Shown here one piece after another: positions 43,261-58,574 of a stretch of DNA of 64,000 nt. The notes beneath the pieces were generated by a model. The model was not told the origin of the DNA. It saw only the letters and a list, made by a program, of their open reading frames with translations, and made no database searches. The position numbers and the translations under genes are program-made. Source of the DNA: Octopus vulgaris (taxonomy: Eukaryota); the NCBI GenBank assembly GCA_951406725.2, contig OX597830.1, positions 76,260,001 to 76,324,000 on the forward strand, in the 5' to 3' direction. Positions within the stretch are counted from its first letter, which is position 1, and the number at the start of each line of letters is the position of its first letter.

Positions 43261-43600
43261 GAACCACGTGGTTCCGGGTTCAGTCCCACTGCGTGACACC
43301 TTGGACAAGTGTCTTCTACTATAGCCTCGGGCCGACCAAAACCTTGTGAGTAGATTTGGTAGACGGAAACCGTCGTATATATGTATGTGTATGTATATAT
43401 GTTTGTGTGTCTGTGTTTGCCCAACATCACTTTACAACCGATGCTGGTGTGTTTACGTCCCCGTAATTTAGTGGTTCGGCAAAAGATACCGATAGAATAA
43501 GTACTAGGCTTACAAAGAATAAGTCCTGGGGTCGATTTGCTCGACAAAAGGCGGTGCTCCAGCATGGCCACAGTCAAATGACTGAAACGAGTAAAAGAGT
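43261..43600 (+). mobile_element. SINE-C, near full length
   Basis: aaccacgtggttccgggttcagtccc through gactgaaacgagtaaaagag. Confidence 0.95.
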
Positions 43601-43959
43601 ATATGTGTAGGGGTGTATATATGTGTGTGTGTGTGTGTGTGTACAGAGAGAGAAAGAAAGAGAGAGAGTAATATTGATAGACATAGATATATATATACAC
43701 ACACAGAGGCACACTTACACACATGCGAAACGTATATATATATACAATAAACTTTCTCTGTAGACACACACGCACACACACACTACTCCAAATATTTATG
43801 ATTAATCAATAATTTAAAGAGGTATTAAATATTCACAATACAACAATATCCTGAGCAATTTTGAATGATATAATAGATTTTCATATGGAACATAGAGTGA
43901 AATTACAAAAAGAATTATTTATTGAGCTGCTTTCAAATGCATCTCGTTTCATATCCATA

Positions 43960-44056
<97 letters not shown>

Positions 44057-44085
44057 ATGTGTGTATGTATGTATTTATGTATATA

Positions 44086-44118
<33 letters not shown>

Positions 44119-44141
44119 TAATAATTATCGCCATATTTTAA

Positions 44142-44206
<65 letters not shown>

Positions 44207-44434
44207 GTATTTGTATGTATATATATACATATTTGTGTGTGTTTATACTTTTATATTATAATAAATACATACACATCACTGTTCTATATTGTGAATTTTA
44301 TTCGTAATTTATGGTACTTTTTAAGTACTTTTCGTTACTTAAATGTTAAACACAGTGTGAAAGTATTTTGATGTTCGTACTGATATTATTTTTATGAAAA
44401 TAAATAGATGATGTCGGTGATGATGAAGATGATG

Positions 44435-44650
44435 TTTTCAAATATCTGCACAAGGTCTGCAAATTCGTGTGGGAGTAGGCCAGGTCGATGACATCGATCC
44501 CAGTGTTTAGATAGGACTTACTTTATCGGACTCTGAAAGGTGACGGGCATGGTTGTCCTCTGCGAAAGTTGAACTCAGAACGTAAAGGCAGACAATATGC
44601 GGCTAAGCTTTTTGTTCTATGCGCTAACGATTCTACCAGCTCGCCACCAT
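44435..44650 (-). mobile_element. SINE-B, diverged
   Basis: gtcgatgacatcgatcccagtg...ttgaactcagaacgtaaag...ttctaccagctcgccacc; followed by (AAT)/(AAC)n. Confidence 0.8.
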
Positions 44651-45078
44651 ATAATAATGATAATAATAACCAACAACAACAACAGCAACAAAAACATCAA
44701 CAACAACAATCCTACTAGTAATGAATATTTCTTTATTTGTGGCAAGTACTGATACCTTCCGACCCACCTACCTACCTACCTACCTACCTACCTACCTACC
44801 TACATACATACATACATACATACATACATACATACATACATACATACCTACCTACCTACCTACCTAACTAACTACCTACCTACCTACCTACATACATACA
44901 TACATACATACATACATACATACATACATACATACATACATACATACCTACCTACCTACCTACCTACCTAACTAACTAACTACCTACCTACCTACCTGCC
45001 TGCCTACCTACCTACCTACCTGCCTGCCTACCTACCTACCTACCTGCCTACCTACCTACCTACATACATACATACATA

Positions 45079-45590
45079 CCGTAAATCCTCGAGTATAGTC
45101 CGCCCTTGAGTAATAACCTTGTGTATAATACGCACCCCTTCTCTAACTTGAGTCAAGGAGGTCTATATAACATCCTTTATTTATAAAACTGTATAGGGTA
45201 ACGTCCTTTATTATTATTGTATATATAACATAATGCAAACGTGTAGCTTTTTTGGGGCCATTTTGTTTGCAGAAAATACAGTAATAACAGTAATAACGTT
45301 TAATAAATGTTGCTTACTGCAAGTTATGGATGATTATTTTATGACTTCATTACTTTCAGGCTTAGCTTAAGCCTTAATGTATTTTCGCGCCCAATATCAC
45401 AAAATGCGTCTGAATAAACATTGCTAGACAGCAAATAGAGACTCGGACATTGCTTAGAAAACAATTTTGAACCGCTCGGTTCAAAGTCTCCCTTGACCAC
45501 AAGTGGCCTGAACTCTTTACATGAACACCACCCTGTACTTAACTCTATGTCCCCCTACATGGCCTTGCTTTTTGCATTTTGAGCCCAAAA
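45079..45590. mobile_element. Truncated Tc1/mariner (pogo-like) non-autonomous element end
   Basis: TA followed by ccgtaaatcctcgagtatagtccgc, with a subterminal repeat gtgtataatacgcacc, typical of CCGTA-type TIRs. No second TIR found, so the right boundary is uncertain. Confidence 0.5.
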
Positions 45591-45636
45591 ACTAACTAAC
45601 TAACTAACTAACACACACACATATATATATATATAT

Positions 45637-45675
<39 letters not shown>

Positions 45676-45679
45676 TATT

Positions 45680-45892
45680 TGTCATTTGTGTCTGTGTTTG
45701 TCCCTCCACCATCGCTTGAGAACCGATGTGTTTACGTCCCGTCACCTAGCGGTTCGGCATTAGTAAATCGATAGAATAATTACTAGGCTTACAAGGAATT
45801 AATCCTGGGGTCCATTTGCTCGGCTAAAGGCGGTGTTCTAGCATAGTTTCAGTCATTTGACTGCGACAATGCTGGAACACCGCCTTTAGTCG
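45680..45892 (+). mobile_element. SINE-C 3' half ending in a fold-back of its own tail
   Basis: cggctaaaggcggtgttctagcat..cagtcatttgactg..atgctggaacaccgcctttagtcg. Confidence 0.85.
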
Positions 45893-46001
45893 TTCAATCA
45901 TGTAATAATATAAATAATATATAAATATAAATGCATACCTACACATATATATGTTCATACATACATACATTTATATATACATGCATATATGGGCACAGGA
46001 C

Positions 46002-46040
<39 letters not shown>

Positions 46041-46783
46041 ACACACACACACATTTGTGTTTTATTACCACCTGTAAAATAAGCGTCAGCATGGTACCAG
46101 TTTACCTTATACAATAAAAGATTAAAGGAATAAAATACATAACTTTGTGATTTCTGAGAGATCATGATGAGAGACGCTCCCTCGACTCTTCTTTACCTTA
46201 ATTTTAAGGATTTCTTACATTCATTCGACTAACGGCCACGCTAGAGCACAACATTCAGTAGTCTTTAATCAAAATTAAAACTAATTTAATTTGCATCATG
46301 TTATATCGTTTTCTACTTAACGCACGTATAATAAGTTAACCATGGAATTGAAGTAAAAATACAGCACACGACATTACATCGGTGTGCGCAAGAATTTGCA
46401 GTGATCTTTACATACATTTATATGTACGTTACATACATATGTAGACAAATACATACACCCAAACCTATACATTCATATAAGCGCACACAAATATGTAAAT
46501 ACATGTAAATACATGTAAATATATGCAAATATATGTGTATGTACGTAAATATTGTAAGAACATAATACTGAATCTATATTCAATATACAGTATGTATTTA
46601 ATTCGTTGATATGTGAATATACATTTATATACGCATATTCACATGCATACATACATACCTCCATACTCTGTCCAAGCATTTTCATGCTAATATTTAGAGG
46701 TTATATTTTGTAACTTTATCTGCTTCTTGCAAAACAAAATTATTTCACATTCTCTTCAAGTTAATAAATTCTTATCTATCAAG

Positions 46784-46857
<74 letters not shown>

Positions 46858-46892
46858 GTCTATCTATCTGACTGTCTGTCTGTCTGTCTATC

Positions 46893-46992
<100 letters not shown>

Positions 46993-47098
46993 GCACATAT
47001 TCATCAATCTATATATATGATTATATATATAAATATATACATTTGCTTGCTTGTACTCCACCTGCCTTCGTCTTTTGTTTATTTTCGTAAACCTTCCC

Positions 47099-47150
<52 letters not shown>

Positions 47151-47554
47151 TACATATGTATGCGTGTATATATCAGCGTATTCTTACTGTGTCAGTTTGG
47201 GTAATAAAAAAAATATATAAAAGAAGAAGAAAGCAACTTGGTAACATAGATTGTTTTCTACTAACTGGTTCATGGTTCCATTAAATAGGTCGAAAACTAA
47301 TTCTTTAGAATTAATGGTACTACATATACAGAATTCTATAGAATCGGTGGTGTTATGACTGTACCAATAATATCAGTAGACGTAATCCAGCTCTTCCTGT
47401 AAATAATGTTAGTCTGTAATACACGCAAGACTTAGTGTCTACATGGTAGCTACACATGCTTGGAATGGCAGCCAAATTGCATTATTGGACAGAAATTCTC
47501 AGGCCATTACGGAGAACGAAGACTTCGTCACTGTTTATCAGTAATAAAAATAAT

Positions 47555-47773
47555 GGTTCGAGTATTGACACAAGACCAGCAGTTACTGGAAGGGGCGGAA
47601 ATCGATTACATCGGTCCCAGTGCTCAACTGGTCTCTATTTTATCGACCCTGTGAGGACGAAAGACAAAGTCAACCTTGGAGGAATTTGAACTCAGAGTGT
47701 AAAAGACTGACGAAATGCCGTTAAGCTTTTTTGCTCGGCGTGCTACCGATTCTGCCAGCTCGCTGCCTTATCA

Positions 47774-47825
<52 letters not shown>

Positions 47826-47917
47826 TAATGATAATAATAATAATAATAATAATGATAATAATAATAATAAAAATAATGATAATAATAATAATAATAATAA
47901 TAGTAATAGTAATAGTA

Positions 47918-47948
<31 letters not shown>

Positions 47949-48222
47949 TATAATAATAACAATAATAATGATAATAATTATAATAATAATAACAATAATA
48001 ATAATAATGATGATAATAATAACAATAATAATAATAATAATAATAATAAAAATAATAATAATAATAATTAGAATAATAATAATAATAATAACAATAATAA
48101 TAATAATAATAATAATAATTAGAATAATAATTATAATATTAATAATAATAATAATAACAACAACAACAATAATAATAATAATAACAATAATAATAACAAT
48201 AATAATAATAACAATAATAATT

Positions 48223-48253
<31 letters not shown>

Positions 48254-48320
48254 CAATAATAATAACAATAATAATAATAACAATAATAATAATAACAATA
48301 ATAATAATTATAATAATAAC

Positions 48321-48360
<40 letters not shown>

Positions 48361-48500
48361 GTAACAACAATAATAATTTCTACTATAATCAGAAGGCCTG
48401 AAATTTATGTTTAACTGGTAGTTAATTTATCGACCCCAAGAGAGTGAAAGGCGGTATTTGATCTCAGAAACGTTAAGACAGGCGAATTAAATCTAAGCGT
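47555..48500 (-). mobile_element. Two SINE-B copies (47555-47770 and 48378-48500) bracketing a 600-bp (AAT)n array
   Basis: aatcgattacatcggtcccagtgctcaactgg...ctgccagctcgctgcctt, then (AAT)n, then tttctactata...aactggtagttaatttatcgacccc. Confidence 0.85.
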
Positions 48501-48678
48501 TATGCCCAGCGCTGCGAACAAGTGTTAAATATTAAGCTGCATTCATTTCGTTTTTGTTGGTATTTGTTCCCGAGTAAATGCAACTGAGGCGAGGACAAAC
48601 ATGATATGCATACATACATACATGTACACACACGCCTACATATATATACATACATACATACATACATACATACATACA

Positions 48679-48711
<33 letters not shown>

Positions 48712-48852
48712 GTTATATAGATATTTGTATTTCTCTCTCTCTATATATATATACATATATACGTATACGTATGTGTGTGTTTGTATGTGTGTGTGTGCAT
48801 ATGTATACATATATATATATATATACGCATGTATATATATATATATATATAT

Positions 48853-48911
<59 letters not shown>

Positions 48912-49163
48912 TATAGACAGACAGACAGATAGATAGATAGTTATAGATATACATGTGTGTGTGTATTTCTGAATAAACGTCTACATTTAAATAAAGAGTG
49001 GCATACACATACATCCATACATAATACATACATACATGCATACACACATGCATACATACATACATATATACATACATACATACATACATACATACATACA
49101 TACATCATACATACATACATATATACATATATATATTCTCTTATTCTTTTATTTGTCTCAGTC

Positions 49164-49231
49164 ATTTGAATGTGGCCGTGTTGATATATATATATATATA
49201 TATATATATATCAACACGGCCACATTCAAAT
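49164..49231. repeat. Perfect palindrome made of a SINE-C tail piece mirrored across (TA)n
   Basis: atttgaatgtggccgtgttga-(ta)n-tcaacacggccacattcaaat. Confidence 0.95.
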
Positions 49232-49300
49232 ATATATATATATCATGTATGTATCTGGATATGTTTATATGTATATCTACTCTCTCTCTCTCTCTCTCTT

Positions 49301-49332
<32 letters not shown>

Positions 49333-49515
49333 ACGATAGGCAATGCATCGTATCGTGGCTCATTCACATAGCCTCTTAGCCATCTCTTTAGAGTTTTTCT
49401 GAGGGTATTTTTTTTTTTTTTCTTCTTTCGTTCTACTTATCTAAAATATCTCAGCTCTTTTGCCACCACCACCTGCCAATGCGCGCATACCATTCACAAC
49501 GCTTTATACATTAAT

Positions 49516-49551
<36 letters not shown>

Positions 49552-49564
49552 CACCACCACCACC

Positions 49565-49599
<35 letters not shown>

Positions 49600-49600
49600 C

Positions 49601-49681
<81 letters not shown>

Positions 49682-50010
49682 GCTGCTGCTCTTACTGCTG
49701 CTACCGCTGCTGCTGCTATGGCTTTTTTTTTACACCTGCTCGAATTTTGTAAATGCAGATGAGCACTCGAAAGCGCATTGTTAATCTTATGTATATTTAT
49801 ATATATATATAACCTCTTATACACACACACACACACACACATATGGATACACACGCAGATAAATAGAATAATATATTTATATATATATGTGTACGCATAC
49901 ATCCTAATATTCAAACATTAATACATACAGACGCATTTCTTTATCTATCTATATATATCTATATATCTATATATGTATATGCATATATGTGTGTGTGTGC
50001 GTGTGTGCGC

Positions 50011-50046
<36 letters not shown>

Positions 50047-50047
50047 A

Positions 50048-50088
<41 letters not shown>

Positions 50089-50739
50089 TATATATGTATG
50101 CATACACGCATTTATTTATAGTCTTGCACTTTTATGAGTGCAGCGAAAGGGGTAGGTAAGAGAGAACAAATCTGTAGTTGCGTGTGTGTGTGTATATATA
50201 GTTATGTGTGAGTATGTGTGCGTATACAAACGTATGCATACCTATCTATTTTTCTTTCTTTCTATCCATCTATCTAGCTATCTTTTCTTTCTTTTCTTTC
50301 TTTCTTTTCTTTCTTTCTTTTTTTACGATCCCTTTCGATCGAAAATTTACCCCCCCCCATTTTATTTTTGTTTATTTTTTTTCTCTCCAAAGAGAAAAGC
50401 TCTACTTTGTAATTTGTGTTCAGCCCTGTGTGGGTAATAATGAAAAATATCTATCTATCCGTCTGTTTATTTATATATCTATATATATATGCGAAAATAT
50501 GATATACAAGACTCACTCGAAGCGATGAATTACAGAACTCTAAACATAAATGTAGAGTATATTTTAATACATTTTTAAGGCTCTTAATTCCAGTACTCAG
50601 AGTAACACTTTTGCGATCATTCGTGCGGTAATCCGACCCTGTTTTTCCAATGAAAAGTTTGATGTTTGAATATATTTACGAAACGTTGAAAATATATAAA
50701 TATTTAAATAACGGGTGAATGGGGGAAAGAACAACAAAA

Positions 50740-50781
<42 letters not shown>

Positions 50782-50957
50782 GGGGTGGGGGGAAGAGACA
50801 AAGACAAACAGACAGACTGGCAGACAGAGATTTAAACACTGCTCCTTGTGGCTCGAAGCAATCCGTATCAAGTAAATAAAACAGAAATCAATAGAAATCA
50901 ATATAAACATCAATTATTTTCTGTACTTCCTTTGCCATTCAGGCAAATATAACAATA

Positions 50958-51650
50958 ATCTTTCCTACTAAAGGCACAAAGCCTAAGATTTGGTGGAAGG
51001 GGATTAGTCGATGACATCGACCCCAGTGTTTCACTGGTACTTATTTCATCGATCCCCTTAAAGAATGAAAGGCAAAGTCGACCTCAGCGGAATTTGAACT
51101 CAGAACGTTACAACAGATGAAATACCTATTTCTTTTTACCCACAAGGGGCTAAACACAGAGGGAACAAACAAGGACAGACAAACGGATTAAGTCGATTAT
51201 ATCGACACCAGTGCGTAACTGCTACTTATTTAATTGACCTCGAAAGGATGAAAGGCAAAGTCGACCTCGGCGGAATTTGAACTCAGAACGTAACAGCAGA
51301 CGAAATACCGCCAGGCATTTCGCCCGGCGTGCTAACGTTTCTGCCAGCTCACCGAATGAAATACCTATTTCTTTATTGCCCACAAGGGGATAAACACAGA
51401 GAGGACAAACAAGGACAGACAGACGGATTAAGTCGATTAAATCGACGCCAGTGCGTAACTGGTACTTAATTTATCGACCCCGAAAGGATGAAAGGCAAAG
51501 TCGACCTCGGTGGAATTTGAACTCAGAACGTAACGGCAGACGAAATACGGCTACGCATTTCGCCCGGCGTGCTAACGTTTCTGCCAGCTCACCGCCTTTC
51601 AACGGATGAAATATCGTTAAGCACTTGCCTCGGCGTGCTAACGATTCTGC
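50958..51650 (-). mobile_element. SINE-B nest: two young long-tail copies (51126-51354, 51365-51598) inside an older copy
   Basis: Host is interrupted at caacagatgaaatac (51111-51125) and resumes at caacggatgaaatat (51600-51614); atgaaatac also lies between the two inserts. Confidence 0.9.
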
Positions 51651-51669
51651 AATAATTCTAATAATAAAC

Positions 51670-51840
51670 CTTTCTACTGTAGGCACAAGGCCCGGAATTT
51701 GGGCGTGGGGTGTATTCGATTACATCGACCTCAGTGTTTCACTGGTACTTAATTTATTGACCTCAGCGGAATTTGAACTCAGCTCCAAAAGATGGACGAA
51801 ATGCCACTACTCGTTTTTGTCCAATGCGCTAACGATTCTT
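51670..51840 (-). mobile_element. SINE-B, internally deleted
   Basis: ctttctactgtaggcacaaggccc...actggtacttaatttattgacctcagcggaatttgaactcag. Confidence 0.85.
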
Positions 51841-52347
51841 TGTTGTTTTATAATTAGCGAAGACTTCGTCTTTGGATTACATTCCGATACATTCTTTTAC
51901 AGCAACGTGTCTGTTTATTTCCTTTCATGTTGTTCTCTGTAGGGTAAACTTCGCGTCATTGACTGCGCGCGTGCGTGTGTGTGTGTTTGTGTGTGTATGT
52001 GCGTGTGTGTGTGTATGTGCGTGTGTGTGTGTGTGTTTATATCATATCTGTGCGTTTGTGTATATGTGTATAAGGGTGCTCTACTCTTCCTTCTTTTTTT
52101 AACCTCTCTCTCTCTCTCCCACTCTCTTTCATATACAAACACACACAGATACACAAAATCGCACAAGGACATTTACATACACACACAAACATACATAAAT
52201 ACACACACATACATACATACATATGCGTGGGCGAGTGCGCGCACGTCTGATCGTTATACGTACGCTTGTTTATTTAACTGTGAGAGCATGTGGTAAAATA
52301 TCTATTATGTTACATATTGCACACAAAAACACACGCAAGCACACACA

Positions 52348-52435
<88 letters not shown>

Positions 52436-52582
52436 GGACTTCTCTCGGTTTCCATTCACAAGACTTTGGTGAACGCGAAGTTATAATGGGTTTCAAACCG
52501 GAAAGAAGTTGTTGAGAAACAAACTCCTTTTTGCACAGCCATGCCTGCACCTATATATATATATATACACACACACACATGC

Positions 52583-52618
<36 letters not shown>

Positions 52619-52679
52619 GTTTTTATACACATACACAAATATACATATACATATTTATATATACACACGCATATATGTA

Positions 52680-52722
<43 letters not shown>

Positions 52723-53170
52723 GCACATGCGTGACTGTATGGTAAGAAGCTTGCTTCCCAACCGCAAGGCTGCAGGTTCAGTCCCACTGCGTGGAAGCAT
52801 GGGCAAGCGTCTTTTACTATAGCCTCGGACTGACTAAAGCCTTATGAGTGGTTCTGGTAGACGGATACTGGAAGAAGACCGAAGTACACACACACATATA
52901 TATGTATTTGAATATATTTGTATGTATTTGTATATATTTGTGTGTGCCTGTTTTTGTTCTCCCCTCCCCTCGTCGCCATCACTTGGCAACCGATGCTGGT
53001 GCGCTTATGTCCCCGATACTTAGCGCTTCGATGAAAAAGGAACGATATAATAAGTGCTAGGCTTACAAAGAATAAGTCCTGGGCGCGATTTCTTCGGCTA
53101 ACACCATTTAAGGTGGTACTCCAGCATGGCCGCAGTCAAATGACTGAAACGAGTACAAGAATAAAAGAAT
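52723..53170 (+). mobile_element. SINE-C, full length
   Basis: gtgactgtatggtaagaagcttgcttcccaacc...ggttcagtccc through gactgaaacgagtacaagaataaaagaa. Confidence 0.9.
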
Positions 53171-53183
53171 GCATATAAATGTG

Positions 53184-53237
<54 letters not shown>

Positions 53238-53400
53238 TATACAAACCACAAGTATTTGATAGCATGTGTATAGCGTGGGATGGTTATTTTTATCTCTTCT
53301 GAAGAGGCTTGTTTGTATGTCTATGTCTATAGACTTCTATATACAGCGATATGTACGTATGCATATTTGCATTCATGCATGTATATATATATATATATAT

Positions 53401-53450
<50 letters not shown>

Positions 53451-53762
53451 GCACACACATGCACAAGCACACACACACATATATACACATATGCATATAT
53501 TACATGTACACATCTTGTATACATATATATATACATACAAAGAGTCACGCGTATGAGTATATATATATATATGTATGTATATATCTGTTCCTAAAAAGAC
53601 TAAAAAGGAAAAAAATACTACAACAATACAAGTTGTTGACAGTATTTAGACCACTTTTCGTTTCCAGCCTACTTCAGTCTGAACATATTCCTTACACACG
53701 TTATATATCGTATTTCATACAAAACTTTCTAAGTGGTTCTTAAACTCCCTACTTCTATAGCA

Positions 53763-53830
<68 letters not shown>

Positions 53831-54041
53831 CAAAATGTTTAGTTGTATGTATATAGCGTCGTATAAGTTATTTCTATTTGTTCCAAGGCGGCTTGCTTGA
53901 ATATCGTATATAGCGTTATTTATGGCGATTTGTTCATAGAAAATCTAGTCTCGGCTGTAAGAGTGTGTGTATGTATAGCTATGTACTCTCTTTAAACATC
54001 AATAAAAATAATTGTACATACATGTATATAGTATTATATAA

Positions 54042-54395
54042 TCTTTATATATAAAAGTGAAGTTGTGTGTCTGTCTCCTACGATTTAGATTCCTAACTAC
54101 TCCCACATTTTGCGGTGCAGTGTAACCAAAAGAGGGTATCTTATAGTCGTGATTCCTATCGAGCCCTTCTGGGTATTAGCGCGCGTCTACGATGAGTCTA
54201 CGATTTTAAAAATAATTTACCATCAATTTTTCCCATTTTTAATGCATTTTTGGCATATATAAGAGAAGTAACTCTCTAAAAATTTATTAAATCTCAGAAC
54301 GTAAAAGCTACAGTAACACCCCCCCACCCCCACCCCCTTTGTGGCCATATTGAGAGATGGGTATTATACTTTACAACGCCGGGTGATACTGCTAG
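54042..54395 (+). mobile_element. Non-autonomous Helitron
   Basis: 5' TC (tctttatatataaaagtg) and 3' caacgccgggtgatactgCTAG, inserted between A and T with no TSD. The same 3' end occurs at 62924-62953. Confidence 0.8.
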
Positions 54396-54670
54396 TTACT
54401 TATAAGTAGATTGTTATTTAGTAACGTTAGATCTGCTATATCGGCTACCTTACCCATACACAGACTCGTTAGTATGTGTGTCTGTACATACATACACACA
54501 TACATACATACATACATACATACATACATACATACATACATACATACATACATACACAGATTCATACATGCTCTCATGCAAACTTATATACAACAATCTT
54601 TAAGGAAATATAGACTGTACGTTTTACTAATGAAAATATTCCACTTATGCATGTGATAAAGAACACAATA

Positions 54671-55109
54671 CTGGCATAGAGTTGTTTATCACCCAACCAC
54701 ATGGCTCCGAGTTCAGTCCCACGCCGTGGTAACTTGGGCAAGTGTCTTCAACTATAGCCTCGGGATGACCAAATCCTTGTGAGAGGATTTGGTAGACGGA
54801 AACTGAAGGAAGCGCGACGTACACAAACACACATGCACACGTGCAAACACATGCACACGCATGCACATACGCACGTACACACATATGTATATATATATTG
54901 GTGTGACTGTCTGTGTTTGTCCACCACCACCGCTTGAAAACCGTTGTTGGTGCGTTTACGTCCCTCTGACCTAGTGGCTCGGTGAAACATAGTCATAGAG
55001 TATGTACCAGGCTTGAAAAAAAAAAACCAAAAACAAAAGCAAGTGGGGTTCGATTCATTCCACAAAACAGTCTTCAAAGCATCGGTCCAGTCTAATAACC
55101 GAAACAAAT
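54671..55109 (+). mobile_element. SINE-C, diverged
   Basis: cccaaccacatggctccgagttcagtccc...ggatttggtagacggaaactgaa...accgcttgaaaaccgttgttggtgcgtttacgtccc. Confidence 0.85.
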
Positions 55110-55124
55110 ATACATACAAACACA

Positions 55125-55259
<135 letters not shown>

Positions 55260-55539
55260 AGGAGGCTGGGAAATGTCGGATATACAGTAATGCATCACAT
55301 CAATGGTATAATACTTATTCATTAAATTTATTAGTACAGTTTTTATATGTTTAATATCATTAGTCATAATAATACAATTATCATAACTATAATAATACTA
55401 TTATCGTAACTTCTAATTTATTTTGATAAAAAATAATTGAGCATTGTCCGCGTGTTTGTTTTTTTTTTTGTCATAACTGTATACCTACTTCTGCATCACC
55501 TGTTTAGAAATATACGTATGCATATATATATATATATAT

Positions 55540-55608
<69 letters not shown>

Positions 55609-55795
55609 AGGATAAGATCGTTAATTGAAATATCGATCTCATCAAGTGGCCAGCATGGGAATAAAAACCTTCAAAGGCAATAATTATTAATAAAATTATA
55701 ATTTAGGGTATCTAAGAGATACCACCACGCTGGAAATAGCAGCCAAAACTTGACTCTAAAACCACATTATATCTTCATACAGCACCACGAGTGAA

Positions 55796-55846
<51 letters not shown>

Positions 55847-56827
55847 GTGTGTGTGTATACACTCACACACTTATATATATTATACATACAATATATACGT
55901 GCATTGTTATAAACTTTCGAGGGAGCCTGAAATCATTTTTGATCTTTTTGGAGATAATGGCTCTAGAACCAACCACATCATATAAAGCTATAAAGAGTAG
56001 CATGTAAATATAGGGTTTAAAGCCAACCCGATATCTGCATTCTATTCTTTATAGCTCCGCATGGTGTGCTTCGAGAATCATTATTCCAAAAATAGAAGAT
56101 ACGCACATGCTCGTGCACTCACACACACTCACACACATATATTCACACACGTGTGCATTAAATACGTACTCATTCACAACACACACAGAAAACATACACA
56201 ACGCAACACACAGCCAACACACACACACACACACACACATACACATATATACGTACATGGTTGTATGTATGTAGCGCTGTTACCCTATATAAATCATTAC
56301 GGGCAATACAAGCGATGTTAAAACATCTAGACGTTTAAACAAGCAACGAATGCATGTAATATATTTATATTAGATTTCTATAGAAACCTATTTACATCTC
56401 TTATATTTAAATAACAGCAATGACTCAATTTCAGTGATTTATGTTTTACAAGAAGCATTGAAATGCGGCGAAAAAAAAGAAAAAAACAAAAATAACGTCA
56501 ATTCTTAAGCGCATGCGCACAGATTGTTGTGTGGCTAAGAAGTTAGCTTGGTAATTGCACGTTATTCGTGTTCACTCTTCTTTCTCTTACGCAGCATCTT
56601 AGGTAGTGGGTTTTACTATTTACTATGGGGCTTAAGGCTGACCAATGCAATGTCTTGTGAGTAAAAATTGGTAGACGGAAAGCGTGCGGGAAAATGTGTA
56701 CGAAAACACGTCGCGTTTGGAGGTGTGTTTGCGTTGATTGCAGGTTTGTATGAGTGTGTATGTGTGTGACTTATATATATATATATATATGTATGTATAA
56801 CCAGGACAGGCGTATATGTACATGTAT

Positions 56828-56877
<50 letters not shown>

Positions 56878-56918
56878 ACGTGTATGTGTGTGTGTATGAA
56901 CAGGATGTATATATACGT

Positions 56919-56986
<68 letters not shown>

Positions 56987-57212
56987 ATATAAATATATAT
57001 GCATGCATACACATATATGTACATAAATATATTTGTATATACATGCATATATGGGCACAGGACATCTACGTAAATATACATATACGTAAATATTTGTAGT
57101 ATATACATATATATAATACAAGTGTATATGTATATCTTTCTATATCTATATATATATGTGCGCATGTGAGTATATATTATTATATACATACATATATATA
57201 TATATGTATGTA

Positions 57213-57382
<170 letters not shown>

Positions 57383-57564
57383 TATTTATATAGAGAGAGC
57401 AATAAAAAAATGGAATGGATCAATAGGTATTCATTAACTTTAAGACATTATATTAACTTATCTATTTATTTACTAAACTGACAATTACATGAATATACAT
57501 ACATGTATAACATACTATGCTTTACATATAAGGTATGAAATATATTAATATATAAAGATACCAG

Positions 57565-57612
<48 letters not shown>

Positions 57613-57916
57613 TATATCAATCTATTTATACATAAAATATAGGTCTGTGACCAAGTTTGTTTATCATCCTTACGGTTTCAGAATAAATAAAGCTCTTGTG
57701 AACTACTCTGAGGAGAAATTATCGGCTAAGGCCTTAATTACAAAAAATGGTGGCATTGTGCCTAATTTAGAAACAATTTTGTTTTTGCGTTTATGAGGTG
57801 CAGGTGCGATAATTTTGGTGTTTCTGTGTGTAGAGAGAGAGGTGTAAACAAAAGACGCTGCAGTATTTCTTTATCTATATAGAGAGAAGAATGCCAGAGA
57901 GCGCTGGAAAATATCT

Positions 57917-57987
<71 letters not shown>

Positions 57988-58109
57988 ACACACATACACA
58001 CACACATGAGCGTACAAACAAATACATATACATACATATACACACACAGAGGTAATGAAACCGGGCAACAGTGTAAGTAAACAGGTTTCATCTAATGAAA
58101 AATTGTGTT

Positions 58110-58153
<44 letters not shown>

Positions 58154-58337
58154 CATACATATGTATATATATGTATATGTGTGTATGTATGTATGTATGT
58201 AAGTATATATGTATGTATGTATATGTATATATATACAGATTTATATATATATATATATCAATACAGGGAGAGAGAGAGAGTGAGACATCAGCCCTAAATA
58301 CATTAACTCGCAAATGTCCAAACCTATTATCAGCATC

Positions 58338-58391
<54 letters not shown>

Positions 58392-58460
58392 GTAATAATA
58401 ATAATGATAATAATAATAACAATAACAACAACAACAATAATAATAACAACAACAATAATA

Positions 58461-58495
<35 letters not shown>

Positions 58496-58538
58496 AATAA
58501 TAATAATAATGATAATAATAATAATAATAATAATAATG

Positions 58539-58574
<36 letters not shown>

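Noticed and set aside
57700-57785. CTGAGGA-gaaatta...taattta-GAAACaatt
   Set aside because: No stem I or cleavage site.
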